Assembly: GCA_947493175.1 (NCBI GenBank)
Contig: CANLQD010000001.1
Coordinates: 776,748 to 840,747, forward strand
Direction: 5' to 3'
Length of the DNA stretch: 64,000 nt
Source of the DNA: an uncultured Flavobacteriaceae bacterium
GTDB lineage: Bacteria > Bacteroidota > Bacteroidia > Flavobacteriales > Flavobacteriaceae
The first letter of the stretch is position 1. Every line of letters starts with the position of its first letter. Made by a program: the position numbers and the translations under genes. The notes beneath the pieces were generated by a model. The model was not told where the DNA came from. It saw nothing but the letters and a program-made list of their open reading frames with translations, and searched no databases. This document shows positions 17,199-26,416 of this stretch, one piece after another.

Positions 17199-17792
17199 TT
17201 ATAACTTTAGAGGGATTTCCTTGAACTTGAATTTTAATATTCCATTGCCGAACAATTGGTCTTGATACACCAATTGTATCTGCTCGTTCTCCGGAATACT
17301 CCCGAAGTGCAGCAATAACTTTTTAAAAGGAGCCAGTTTAAAATTGCGCTCAAAAGTGACTCCGGAACAATTAACGGTATCTCCAGATTGGGTAATGGCC
17401 GTAAAGTCTTTTTCAATCGAAAAAGCCATGTATTCAACAGCTTCTTTGTATCCCAAACCGGTATATTCCGATTTTAAAAGGTCATCCTTAGAATCATGAC
17501 GAAACTCCATTTCTATGACTCGCTCGGTTTTATGAGTTTGATAAATAGAGTCTATAGTGGCTGGGTTTTCAAAACCCTTATTCTTTATAATGTAGTATTG
17601 CAAAGGAACCAATGTCGCGGTATAATCGATATTGGAAACGTGCTGTGATACGGATTTAGACTTCCAACCAGCTCGCTCTAAGTTGAAAAATTTATAGGAA
17701 GTATCGATTTCTTCTAACCCCGTATCTGTCTTACAATTAGAAAAGAATGGCACTATAAATAGCACAAATAATACTGCAATGAAACCTTTCAT
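17199..17792 (-). CDS. Lipoprotein of unknown function
   Basis: 197 aa; hydrophobic signal ending FFSN|CKTDTGLEEID (lipobox Cys followed by an acidic patch); 12 bp from the 2156-aa gene. Confidence 0.7.
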   Translation of the reverse strand: MKGFIAVLFVLFIVPFFSNCKTDTGLEEIDTSYKFFNLERAGWKSKSVSQHVSNIDYTATLVPLQYYIIKNKGFENPATIDSIYQTHKTERVIEMEFRHDSKDDLLKSEYTGLGYKEAVEYMAFSIEKDFTAITQSGDTVNCSGVTFERNFKLAPFKKLLLHFGSIPENEQIQLVYQDQLFGNGILKFKFKEIPLKL

Positions 17793-17834
17793 AAGAGATG
17801 CTTATTTTAAAACTACATTTGTTAAAAGCTGCTC

Positions 17835-19217
17835 TTACTTAAGCCTATTCTCTAATTGTTGTATTCGGTTTTGCAGTTCTTGATTCACAGCCTCCTGCTT
17901 TTTCAAGGCCTTTTGTTGACTAATAAGGTACAAAGTCAACTCCTCTATTTTTTCGAGAAGTCTAAAACTCATTTTTTTAAGTTCCACTCCATTTTTCTGC
18001 ATTTCCGTTGCAGACGGTATATTTGGCAGATGTCCAAAATCTTTTATATATCGCTCTACTTCATCCAATGATTTCAAGCTATAGTCTTTGTAGAATACAT
18101 AATCTGGAGCCACAGCCCCTGCAAGATCTACTTTCACTTCTTGGGTGTGAATTCGACCCTTGACCGATAGCGGGGCATCGGGAGAACTGGTACCAATCCC
18201 AACATTCCCCAACACGTAGGATAGATCTACGCCTGTTTTTGTCCAATTACCTCCCGATGCAGCTGTGGTATCATCCGGATCTGAATTATCAAGAACATAA
18301 TCTGTGGGTTGCTCACATTGTATCAAGGTTTCATTCGGATTTCCCAGTCCGTCACCATCACTGTCTTGATACCAGACCGTATCGGGATTGATATCTCCAT
18401 CGGCGTCATTACAGTCTAAATTATTGGCAACATACCCCGCGGGCTGCGTTGTACTAGTCTGGCTTATATTGGGGTCTCCATAAGTATCAGAGTCGCTATC
18501 CAAATAATATGTAATGGAATACTCTGCATCTATAATATCTTGGATAGAGGGTTGATTGCCGTCCAGTGCCTCCAATCTAGGAGCATATTGAAACTGGCGT
18601 GCACTATTATCGGTGACCTCTCTCAAGAATGCCCTATGTTGCGTCTGAACAGTTCCTGCCGCATATTTGTAATCAGTGATACCAACCACCTTTTGACCGG
18701 TATCGGGGTCATAGATGCCACCTTCGTTTTGGGTACCTGTAAAACCGACTTCGTGCACAATACCCACCATAAGGTACCATTTATCAACTGTAGGCAAATC
18801 ACCTGTGAACATGAATGGGTTGTTATTGGCCGAACCATCTAGCCTAGCGACGCTTTTAACATTGGATCCATCCCAAGCATTGAGTGCAAATCGGGTAGTA
18901 CCACTTGCATTTCCTGTTTTCTTTATCCAAACCATATAGCGGTGTGCAACTGAAGCATCAATGGCAACTCTGGAGGTTTGCCATCCTCCATCATTGGAAT
19001 TCCCGTCTGTTGGAACACAGGTCCAGAGCAACTGTTGCTGCCCACCGGGAGCCTCTCCGAAGGCACGAACACTGTTTGCATCGGCACCGTATCTATTAAA
19101 GCCAGGGGCCGAACCTTGACCTTCGCTCCACGTGGAATCGTCCAAAAGGTTGGTTTGACCCTTGATGGTACTGCAAAACGCAATCGCAACGATTGCCATA
19201 ATAAGTTGCTTTTTCAT
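17835..19217 (-). CDS. Secreted trimeric fibre-like protein: beta-sandwich head, MopE-like acidic motifs, GNVGIGT beta-helix, S74-chaperone-like segment and coiled coil
   Basis: 460 aa; signal ending IKG|[15 protein letters not shown]...DCNDAD...[11 protein letters not shown] motifs. C-terminus [27 protein letters not shown]...APDYVF...HLPNIPSA...[13 protein letters not shown] followed by heptads. Confidence 0.7.
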   Translation of the reverse strand: MKKQLIMAIVAIAFCSTIKGQTNLLDDSTWSEGQGSAPGFNRYGADANSVRAFGEAPGGQQQLLWTCVPTDGNSNDGGWQTSRVAIDASVAHRYMVWIKKTGNASGTTRFALNAWDGSNVKSVARLDGSANNNPFMFTGDLPTVDKWYLMVGIVHEVGFTGTQNEGGIYDPDTGQKVVGITDYKYAAGTVQTQHRAFLREVTDNSARQFQYAPRLEALDGNQPSIQDIIDAEYSITYYLDSDSDTYGDPNISQTSTTQPAGYVANNLDCNDADGDINPDTVWYQDSDGDGLGNPNETLIQCEQPTDYVLDNSDPDDTTAASGGNWTKTGVDLSYVLGNVGIGTSSPDAPLSVKGRIHTQEVKVDLAGAVAPDYVFYKDYSLKSLDEVERYIKDFGHLPNIPSATEMQKNGVELKKMSFRLLEKIEELTLYLISQQKALKKQEAVNQELQNRIQQLENRLK

Positions 19218-19321
19218 TTTCTTTGGTTTGGTTATTCTCGATGGTTTTCGAATATTACTCTAATGGTATTTATTACTATTTAAGTTTGTAAGAGGGCGTG
19301 AACCTTTGCATGCCTGTTCAA

Positions 19322-19831
19322 TTAATCTCCCTCATAGTTTGTATTCGCATAGGATATAAATGCATCAGTGATGTCTATCGCCTCTTGGGCAAACATAACA
19401 TTGCCTTGTCCTTGTGTACCAAGCACTATCTTATAACTATTCGCTAGGCTATACTTTTGTATATAGGTATTCAAACGATTCCAAACTGCTTGACTTAACT
19501 CACTCGAGAAACGTTCATTCATATCTTTCAGTTCTTTGTCTGTGCCCCTCAGTTGCGCCTCCAGGGCTTCTAGCTTATCCGTTTGGTTGTTATCTCGAAG
19601 AATACCATAAATGACGTAAAGACTGTCTAACTTCTTTTTTTGGGCCTTTACTTTTTTTCCGTTGATTTGATTAAGGTCCTTGGTCATATTGAAACCGTTG
19701 AACAGTCTGATATTATCGATATAAACAATTTCCTCGGTATCGTCGGAATATTTGAAAAAGAAAAAAACAATTAACCCCAGTAGTAGAATCGTATTACAAA
19801 AAGTAACAAGAAAAAAAGTCTTTTGATTCAT
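19322..19831 (-). CDS. OmpH/Skp-family periplasmic chaperone-like protein
   Basis: N-terminal anchor, IVYIDNIRLFNGFNMTKDL, long helical middle, YKIVLG...GNVMFAQEAIDITDAFISYAN. Start moved from 19858 (GTG) to ATG 19831. Confidence 0.75.
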   Translation of the reverse strand: MNQKTFFLVTFCNTILLLGLIVFFFFKYSDDTEEIVYIDNIRLFNGFNMTKDLNQINGKKVKAQKKKLDSLYVIYGILRDNNQTDKLEALEAQLRGTDKELKDMNERFSSELSQAVWNRLNTYIQKYSLANSYKIVLGTQGQGNVMFAQEAIDITDAFISYANTNYEGD

Positions 19832-19858
19832 TATATCGTCGAAAGATGAAGGAAACAC

Positions 19859-19872
19859 TCAAATATATTTGA
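19859..19872. promoter_or_regulatory. Perfect 14-bp palindrome TCAAATATATTTGA containing a Bacteroidota -7 box (TATATTTG) on both strands
   Basis: Read directly from the sequence; lies 28 bp upstream of the OmpH-like ATG in the gap after the pilus/T2SS-like genes. No clear -33 TTG found. Confidence 0.4.
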
Positions 19873-19918
19873 AAAAAAAATCTTATAAAAGTAGAACGTT
19901 AAAAAAAAATTAAAAAAG

Positions 19919-20401
19919 TTAATTTTTTACAAAACTACGCTCCTCTTTTCCATTTAAAACGACCAAAGCGACTTTGGAAATTTCTATGATTTGAAGTCCA
20001 TTTACCTCGTCTTTTGCATTTACACGATGTAATCTTCCGTCGATACGCATTAATCCCAACCGGCCTTTGCTATTGCTCGACTTTACAAATCCCAAATATT
20101 CTATTTTAGGCCAAAGAACTGGCTTTGCAGAAGCAACGGGCCTCTTTTTTACTTTTTTTGAAGCTATTTTTTTAGGCTTCGATACCGACTTGGTCTTTCC
20201 CAAAAAAGGATCGCGTTCGGGAAAGTTAAGTACCACGGCATCCTTTTTTCTTGTTTTTGCAATAGTTGCTTTTGCTGGAAGCTCTTTAATTTGCACTATA
20301 TCGGTATCGCTGAAATAAGGAGCTATCAATTTATATGACACCACTCCCCAAATACAGAAAACGGCTATTATTAGTAAAACATTTATTTTCTTTTTATTCA
20401 T
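19919..20401 (-). CDS. PilP/GspC-like inner-membrane-anchored component
   Basis: 160 aa; single N-terminal TM, RDPF motif, basic linker, C-terminal beta domain (IEYLGFV...LGLMRIDG....VN..DEV.G..I.EIS) like the PilP/GspC HR domain. Confidence 0.6.
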   Translation of the reverse strand: MNKKKINVLLIIAVFCIWGVVSYKLIAPYFSDTDIVQIKELPAKATIAKTRKKDAVVLNFPERDPFLGKTKSVSKPKKIASKKVKKRPVASAKPVLWPKIEYLGFVKSSNSKGRLGLMRIDGRLHRVNAKDEVNGLQIIEISKVALVVLNGKEERSFVKN

Positions 20402-21361
20402 TTAATTCACAATAAAGGAACCTACTGCACTATTTTCTCCGGTATTCCCCGCGGCGTCTTCTCCCCGTACTCTCCAATAATAGGTATTGGCGTCTGTAAA
20501 AGTGCTTGAGTATTGCCCGTCGCTATTGGTATCTGTCAACGCTATGGTACTAAAATTCTCGTCCGATGAAATCTCTATCGTTCCCATAATGGATGATTGT
20601 ATTTCTCCGGTATCCGTAAAGCTCCAGCTAAAGTTAACCTCATCGGCGGTAGTGAGCGTTTGATCGGAGGTAGGAGTGCTCAAAACTGGCGCAGGAGGGT
20701 TTTGCGTATCCAGAAAGAATTTCCTTCGAAAAAATCGGGTCTGGCTACTACTGTTTACGGCTCTTACTTGCCAAATATATTCGGCATCTTCAGTGATCGT
20801 CCCGTCAGGGATCGCAATTGACGACCCTACCAAATTAGACTCCTTAAAAATGGATGTTTCTCCAAGATTTTCTACCTGCAGAATCTCGAACTCATAGGTA
20901 TCTGCCGTACTAATCAGTTGCCAAGAAAAGCTTAAGTCAGCATTGTTTATATACCTATTGTCATCGGGAGATTCCAAAGTAATTATTTGATCTGAAAGGT
21001 CTAAAGAAGCGACAACGGAAAAGGCCGACTCAAACGTATATGGCGTGAAATATGCAAAATTCTCACCTCGAACCCTCCATGTATATACCCCTGGTTCTAT
21101 TTGATAGTTGAAAAGTGTTCCGCTGATAAGAGAGTCCAATATGATAAACTGGTTGTTTTCAACCATCACTTGAAGACGATAGTCATCTGCACCCTCCAAG
21201 CTCCTCCACCGGAGCTGTACGACATTCCCTTCAATATTTGCTCCATCAGAAGGGGCAATGATAGAAATAGCGTCATCAGAGATATCTTCCTCCAATATGT
21301 CATCGCACTGACAAAACAACAAAACTATCGGAAGGTAAAACCATCTATTCAATCTTTTCAT
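20402..21361 (-). CDS. Lipoprotein with three fibronectin type III-like repeats
   Basis: 319 aa; LLFCQ|CDDILEED lipobox; three repeats ending YTWRVRGEN, YIWQVRAVN and YYWRVRGED. Confidence 0.75.
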   Translation of the reverse strand: MKRLNRWFYLPIVLLFCQCDDILEEDISDDAISIIAPSDGANIEGNVVQLRWRSLEGADDYRLQVMVENNQFIILDSLISGTLFNYQIEPGVYTWRVRGENFAYFTPYTFESAFSVVASLDLSDQIITLESPDDNRYINNADLSFSWQLISTADTYEFEILQVENLGETSIFKESNLVGSSIAIPDGTITEDAEYIWQVRAVNSSSQTRFFRRKFFLDTQNPPAPVLSTPTSDQTLTTADEVNFSWSFTDTGEIQSSIMGTIEISSDENFSTIALTDTNSDGQYSSTFTDANTYYWRVRGEDAAGNTGENSAVGSFIVN

Positions 21362-21872
21362 AATTCTGAAATATTATTTGTTCATACAATCGCTTCTTTC
21401 TAGTTCTCGGTTCTCTTTCAATATAGAAATGCAAGCCTACCACACGGGAATAGTCGAATTCCTTCTCATAGTAATAAGTGGCCTTTAATAGTCCTTTATA
21501 GCTACCGGACAAAATCAGCCTATTGGTATAAATATTAAAATATTCGTTTTTAGCAATATGGATTTCCTCTAATCTCACCAGTTCTGATCTGGAGGATATG
21601 CTGTTAAAAGTATTCAGGATTTCCTGCTGAACCACATCGGCACTGGCGGCTTGCTTTCCGATAATCCGGTCCAAATATGTCACATCGCTCTTAACCGAGG
21701 CTATTTTCTGCTGAGAATTACTTACTTCTAAGAGTTTGGTCCTTGAAGACTGCAGATTTTCATAAGCATCAAAAGCCAAAGAGAAAGATCTTTTGTAAGC
21801 GGTAAACCCCATAATTGCCAATAAGGAAATCAAAGCAAAAAATTTCTTTCGATAAGAAATATTTTCAAACAT
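21345..21872 (-). CDS. PilO/GspM-like component
   Basis: 175 aa; N-terminal TM, coiled coil, ferredoxin-like C-terminus (LILSGSYKGLLKATYYYE); position in the cluster next to the PilMN-like gene. Confidence 0.55.
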   Translation of the reverse strand: MFENISYRKKFFALISLLAIMGFTAYKRSFSLAFDAYENLQSSRTKLLEVSNSQQKIASVKSDVTYLDRIIGKQAASADVVQQEILNTFNSISSRSELVRLEEIHIAKNEYFNIYTNRLILSGSYKGLLKATYYYEKEFDYSRVVGLHFYIEREPRTRKKRLYEQIIFQNYEKIE

Positions 21873-23061
21873 TGAACTTTAATTTTAACCTGATGATAAA
21901 GCTGCTACTTGCACCTTCTTTTCGAAAGTCAACGATTTCAAGATTTGCCACCCAGAAACTATTTTTAAGTATCCCTATCCAGCCAGTAAAGGCATCGTTG
22001 GATAATGTCTCCCCAGTAATTTCTATTTGATCATTTTTGAAAAAAACCTGTTCCTCCGGCTTTATTTTACTGGTTGGTGGAAATATGCTGAGACTCATCA
22101 GGTTTATTCCAGAAGGGATTTCTTTTGTAATTTCCGACAGGTAGTAACTAAGAAAGTTGCTATCATTCAAACCCGACTCGTTCAACATTATTTCTTTATT
22201 GTCCCTATCTTTTTGCAGTAATACCAATTTGTTATAGGCAATATTCTCTTCCTCGATGGCTATCTGCAAATTTATATAGGACTTCTGGTAATGGCCTAAC
22301 AACAAATAGCTTATTAACAGCGCGAGAAGGAAACTGGGCAACGCTATTGCCCCAATTGTATTAAAGGCTTTTCGAAACCTAAACTCACTCCGGTTGGTTT
22401 CAAGAAAACTATTCTCAAAATCAATAGTATCATGGGGAAATAGGTATTGCAATAATGTGGCAAAAGACACACTATTCTTTCTGGTGATTTCCTCTCCATC
22501 AATTTCATAGCTGTTCGTATCGTCTGAAGGGGCAAGTTTAGAAAAATCGGACACCGTATTCTTTTGAAAGCGCATCTCAAAAAATCTCGTAAAAAGGGAA
22601 CCCGCGTCTGGCAATAATGGTTTTATGGCAGCTATAACAAAAGGACCAATACTTATATCAACAATAAAAACCTGATTTTTGTTAAATAACTCAAGTTCAT
22701 TGTCTATTACCGATTTACGTACAACTGAGGCATAAATATATCCAGACTGTACTAGTTCATACCAATAAAAATCATCGGCATTCGCATTAAAAATCAATTT
22801 AGAACGGTGGTTTCCCGTATTCTCCAGTTTTTTGGAAATAATTCCTTGACCCGTAAAAGATAATAGGGTGGGTCTATTTTTGGGTATTTCCTTTAACAAC
22901 TCCTCAAAACCTATGTAGGTAGTCGAGGAATCTATAAACAGGGAATTGTTCTTTTGTAAAACCTCTATTACCTGGTACAGCGTACTATCTTCTTGTATCG
23001 ATACCTCGATACACAGAAACCGCTTCTCGGATAGTATATTATTAAATACTTTCTGAACCAT
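21865..23061 (-). CDS. PilM-PilN fusion / GspL-like component
   Basis: 398 aa; cytoplasmic actin-like N-terminal part, one TM (~aa 235-260), coiled coil, PilN-like C-terminus (IEITGETLSNDAFTGWIGILKNSFWVANLEIVDF). Confidence 0.6.
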   Translation of the reverse strand: MVQKVFNNILSEKRFLCIEVSIQEDSTLYQVIEVLQKNNSLFIDSSTTYIGFEELLKEIPKNRPTLLSFTGQGIISKKLENTGNHRSKLIFNANADDFYWYELVQSGYIYASVVRKSVIDNELELFNKNQVFIVDISIGPFVIAAIKPLLPDAGSLFTRFFEMRFQKNTVSDFSKLAPSDDTNSYEIDGEEITRKNSVSFATLLQYLFPHDTIDFENSFLETNRSEFRFRKAFNTIGAIALPSFLLALLISYLLLGHYQKSYINLQIAIEEENIAYNKLVLLQKDRDNKEIMLNESGLNDSNFLSYYLSEITKEIPSGINLMSLSIFPPTSKIKPEEQVFFKNDQIEITGETLSNDAFTGWIGILKNSFWVANLEIVDFRKEGASSSFIIRLKLKFNV

Positions 23062-24983
23062 TAGTAGACCAATGTTGGTTTAATAAACACATGAAGTTTC
23101 GACTTTTCCTTTGCCCTTCGCTTACTACTAAAAAACCACTTGATTACCGGGATTCTTGAGAGGAAAGGAGTGCCCGTTCCCGAGTTCTCCTTCTCCAACT
23201 CGTCCAATCCACCCAACAAAATCATCTCATTGTTCCTAACACGAATTAAAGACTCGAATTTTTGTGTTGATTTACCAGGAGGTGCGTTTTCCCCGGCACG
23301 ACCCAAGAAAGCGCTCTTTTCAACTACGATGTTCAAAGTAATATGCTCATCTTTTGAAACATAGGGTAGTATATCGACGCTAAGATTTGCCTCGGTCGGT
23401 TTCCATTGGCCCGACTGAAGAATATTGTCATTAACCCCTGAATTTATGAGTCTGTTGGTCTGTTCAAAATAGTAGTTGGTCTCTCCAATGGAAACGTTCG
23501 CTTTATGGCCACTCAAAGTGGCAATTTTGGGCGTAGATTTTAACTGAATAATGGAGTTGTTCTCCAATGCACTCAGATTTGCATAAAAGTTCTCGGCGAC
23601 CTTTCCGATATTGATGATTCCTAAACCATTAAAGGCGTCGATCAACTTATTGATCGAGGTAGAATTTACAGTAGCATCTACTGTTGGGAACAATACTCCT
23701 TCGGTCTTGACATCTTTTCCATCCTCACTTAAAATACCCTGTAGGCCTGTTTGAATGTCATATCCTTTCTGGTATTGTACTATTAGCACCTCAATTTGCA
23801 CCAAAGGAACCACTTTGTCCAATTGCCGAATTACTAATTTTAGTTCCTCTAAAATAGGCTTCGACCCTGAAACCAAAATCCCGTTAAGCTCTACGAATTC
23901 CTGCATTTCCACATCTTGCACATAGGCTTTAGGCAACGTATTTAGAACCGTTTCAATAGTTCTATTTTCTAGTTGTATCAATTCTGTTTGCCGTAGCCCT
24001 TCCGTTGTTTGGAGTCCTATGAGGTACAGATCCTCCAACTTTTTGGAAGTATATCTGGTTCCTTTAAACACATGATCAAGCAGGCTGTCGAAATCGATGC
24101 TGTCCGAATAAAATGTGGATATCACTTCATCGGGCTTATCATAAAAAAAGTAATTGATGTTCAACAAATCGGATGCTTTGGAAATTAGGGTGGTTGCATC
24201 GATTTCATAGGCGCGTATCGTCAAAAAACCCTGCTCGTTCATGTCTAATTCAAGTTCGCCTGGGGCAACGGTGCCCTTTGTATTTCTAGTCGACCCCCTT
24301 CTTCTTGCGGAGGTCCTTCGCCCTTGATCGGGAACCTGGTCCAGCTCCAAAGCTTTGGATAAAAAATAAAACCCATTTTCATCTACGGAAGCAATCAATT
24401 GATTGGAACGGGCAATCATTTCGATTACCTGATCAAAAGGTCTATTGATAATATAAGCCGAAACTTTCATCATTTTTACTTCCGGTGCCAGAACGATATT
24501 CTTATTGGACAGTTCGGTAATTCGCTCTGCCACCAACGGCAGGGAATCGTTCTTTAGTTTTACCGATAAGAAGTCATTTGCCTGATTAAAAGAAATATCG
24601 ATGGGCTTTTTAGGTTTCTCTTTGGGAACGTCTCTTGCGATTTCCCGTTTTCTGAAGGTGATGATTTCGTTCATATAACCTACTTCAAGATTATATTTAT
24701 TGGCTAGAAAAATATAAATATCCCTTACTTTAACATCGAAGAAATTACTGACCACCATCTCTGTAAGTCCAGGGTCGGCACTTACGTTGATTCGATGTTC
24801 CTCTGCCAAGGAGGTTATGATTTCGAATAAAGTTAGTCCGGAGACGTCCAACTCTGTAAGTTCATCGAGACCAGGTCGTTCTTTGGCTACTTCATCGAAT
24901 AACTGTTCCAGCGTTTGTGTTTGGTTTTGGGGGAACGCAATGCCCACAAACAGTATACTGATTACTACTACTACCTTTCTCAT
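23061..24983 (-). CDS. gspD: Secretin (GspD/PilQ family)
   Basis: 640 aa; signal peptide; secretin motifs VQIEVLIV, PKIATLSGHKANVSIGE, VRNNEMILLGGL, GTPFLSRIPVIKWFFSS and LHVFIKPTLV. Confidence 0.92.
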   Translation of the reverse strand: MRKVVVVISILFVGIAFPQNQTQTLEQLFDEVAKERPGLDELTELDVSGLTLFEIITSLAEEHRINVSADPGLTEMVVSNFFDVKVRDIYIFLANKYNLEVGYMNEIITFRKREIARDVPKEKPKKPIDISFNQANDFLSVKLKNDSLPLVAERITELSNKNIVLAPEVKMMKVSAYIINRPFDQVIEMIARSNQLIASVDENGFYFLSKALELDQVPDQGRRTSARRRGSTRNTKGTVAPGELELDMNEQGFLTIRAYEIDATTLISKASDLLNINYFFYDKPDEVISTFYSDSIDFDSLLDHVFKGTRYTSKKLEDLYLIGLQTTEGLRQTELIQLENRTIETVLNTLPKAYVQDVEMQEFVELNGILVSGSKPILEELKLVIRQLDKVVPLVQIEVLIVQYQKGYDIQTGLQGILSEDGKDVKTEGVLFPTVDATVNSTSINKLIDAFNGLGIINIGKVAENFYANLSALENNSIIQLKSTPKIATLSGHKANVSIGETNYYFEQTNRLINSGVNDNILQSGQWKPTEANLSVDILPYVSKDEHITLNIVVEKSAFLGRAGENAPPGKSTQKFESLIRVRNNEMILLGGLDELEKENSGTGTPFLSRIPVIKWFFSSKRRAKEKSKLHVFIKPTLVY

Positions 24984-26416
24984 TATTGGGCTTCAATTAT
25001 AATGGAATATACTTCCTCAATTGAGGTTATTCCTTTTTTTACCAGTTCTATGGCCTTATCGGAAAGCCTTGAAAAATTCTTTTCGGAAACGAAAGAATCT
25101 AGATGGGAGGGTGCTTTCTTTATTTCCTGAGAAAGCGAAGCATCAATCGGGATTACTTCATAGATAGCGGTACGGCCATTATAGCCGGTATAATAACAGC
25201 TTTCGCAGCCTTTCGGACTCCAATGACCGGAAAGGATTTTGAAGGCTCCGTGATGATATTCCCCACCAACAGTATCGCAAAATTTCTTGCAGTCGTTGCA
25301 TAACTTGCGAACCAGTCGTTGGGCCACCGAGATTTTTAAAGTCTCGGCAATCAAAAATGCCGGGACACCCATATCTACTAACCTTGAAATGGTTCCCAAC
25401 GCCGAGTTTGTATGAATAGTCGATAAGACCAAATGCCCGGTTAAGCTGGCGCGGATTGCCATTTCGGCTGTTGCGCCGTCCCTGATCTCCCCTAACATTA
25501 TAATATCGGGGTCTTGACGTAAAAAGGTTCGAAGGGCACTTGTAAAGGTGAGTCCTATCTCTTCTCTTAACTGTACTTGATTAATTCCTTTTAAAGTATA
25601 TTCTATGGGATCCTCAACTGTAACAATATTCGTCTTGATATCGTTCAAAAGTTTTAAACTGGCATATAGTGTAGTTGTTTTCCCAGAACCAGTAGGCCCG
25701 CTTATGAGAATGATTCCTTTTGATGCTTTGAGCGCTTCGAGGTACAGACTTTTTTCGTCTTTGGTCATTCCCAATTTATCAATGCTCAAATGATCTGTGT
25801 CCCTACCCAAAATACGCATTACGATTTTTTCGCCATGGAGGGTAGGAAGAATGGACACCCTAATATCAAAATCATCATAATTTATGCGGCCATCTTGGGG
25901 CAATCTTTTCTCGGTGATATCGAGGTTTGATTTGATCTTAATCTTATTGACAAGTTCCAAATAGTTCTCATTTTCTATTTTATACTTTTCAATAAGCTTT
26001 CCGTCAATTCGATATCTAATGCGCCCGTCATCTTTGAAAACTTCAAAATGGATATCACTGCTCCCGATTGCTTTAGCCTCGAAAATCAGGTCTTGCAAAA
26101 AGTCTTGGGAGGAAATCCTAAAGCTTTTTTCGGTTCCTGCCTGGACGGCAGACTCCATCTCCCGTCCATAATATTGTGATAGTGCCTTAACTACCTTTTC
26201 AGACGGTGCAGGGTATAACCTCACCTTTTTTCCGAGAATTAGCTCCAACTCATCTGACAAGGTCTCGAATAATTTTGACTCGTCAACAAAAAAAGTAATC
26301 ATAGACTCATCCTTTTCCTTAGGAATGATTCCATAATTGTGTGCAAGGTCTGAATTAATGACCTGCTGTTCTTCCGTGGTCAACACTATTTCGGATATCA
26401 TTGGTTGGTTAGTCAA
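24983..26416 (-). CDS. gspE: GspE/PilB-family assembly ATPase
   Basis: Walker A GPTGSGKTTT, VEDPIEY, LRQDPDIIMLGEIRD, GHLVLSTIHTN, and tetra-Cys CNDC...CESC. Start is TTG 26416 or ATG 26401. Confidence 0.95.
   Translation of the reverse strand: MTNQPMISEIVLTTEEQQVINSDLAHNYGIIPKEKDESMITFFVDESKLFETLSDELELILGKKVRLYPAPSEKVVKALSQYYGREMESAVQAGTEKSFRISSQDFLQDLIFEAKAIGSSDIHFEVFKDDGRIRYRIDGKLIEKYKIENENYLELVNKIKIKSNLDITEKRLPQDGRINYDDFDIRVSILPTLHGEKIVMRILGRDTDHLSIDKLGMTKDEKSLYLEALKASKGIILISGPTGSGKTTTLYASLKLLNDIKTNIVTVEDPIEYTLKGINQVQLREEIGLTFTSALRTFLRQDPDIIMLGEIRDGATAEMAIRASLTGHLVLSTIHTNSALGTISRLVDMGVPAFLIAETLKISVAQRLVRKLCNDCKKFCDTVGGEYHHGAFKILSGHWSPKGCESCYYTGYNGRTAIYEVIPIDASLSQEIKKAPSHLDSFVSEKNFSRLSDKAIELVKKGITSIEEVYSIIIEAQ

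Noticed and set aside
17814-17821. Plus-strand TACATTTG as an antisense promoter
   Set aside because: No -33 TTG at the right spacing; such 6-base matches are expected by chance in AT-rich DNA.
17835-19217. Prophage remnant
   Set aside because: Only one fibre-like gene, which has a signal peptide; no capsid, terminase, integrase or lysis genes.
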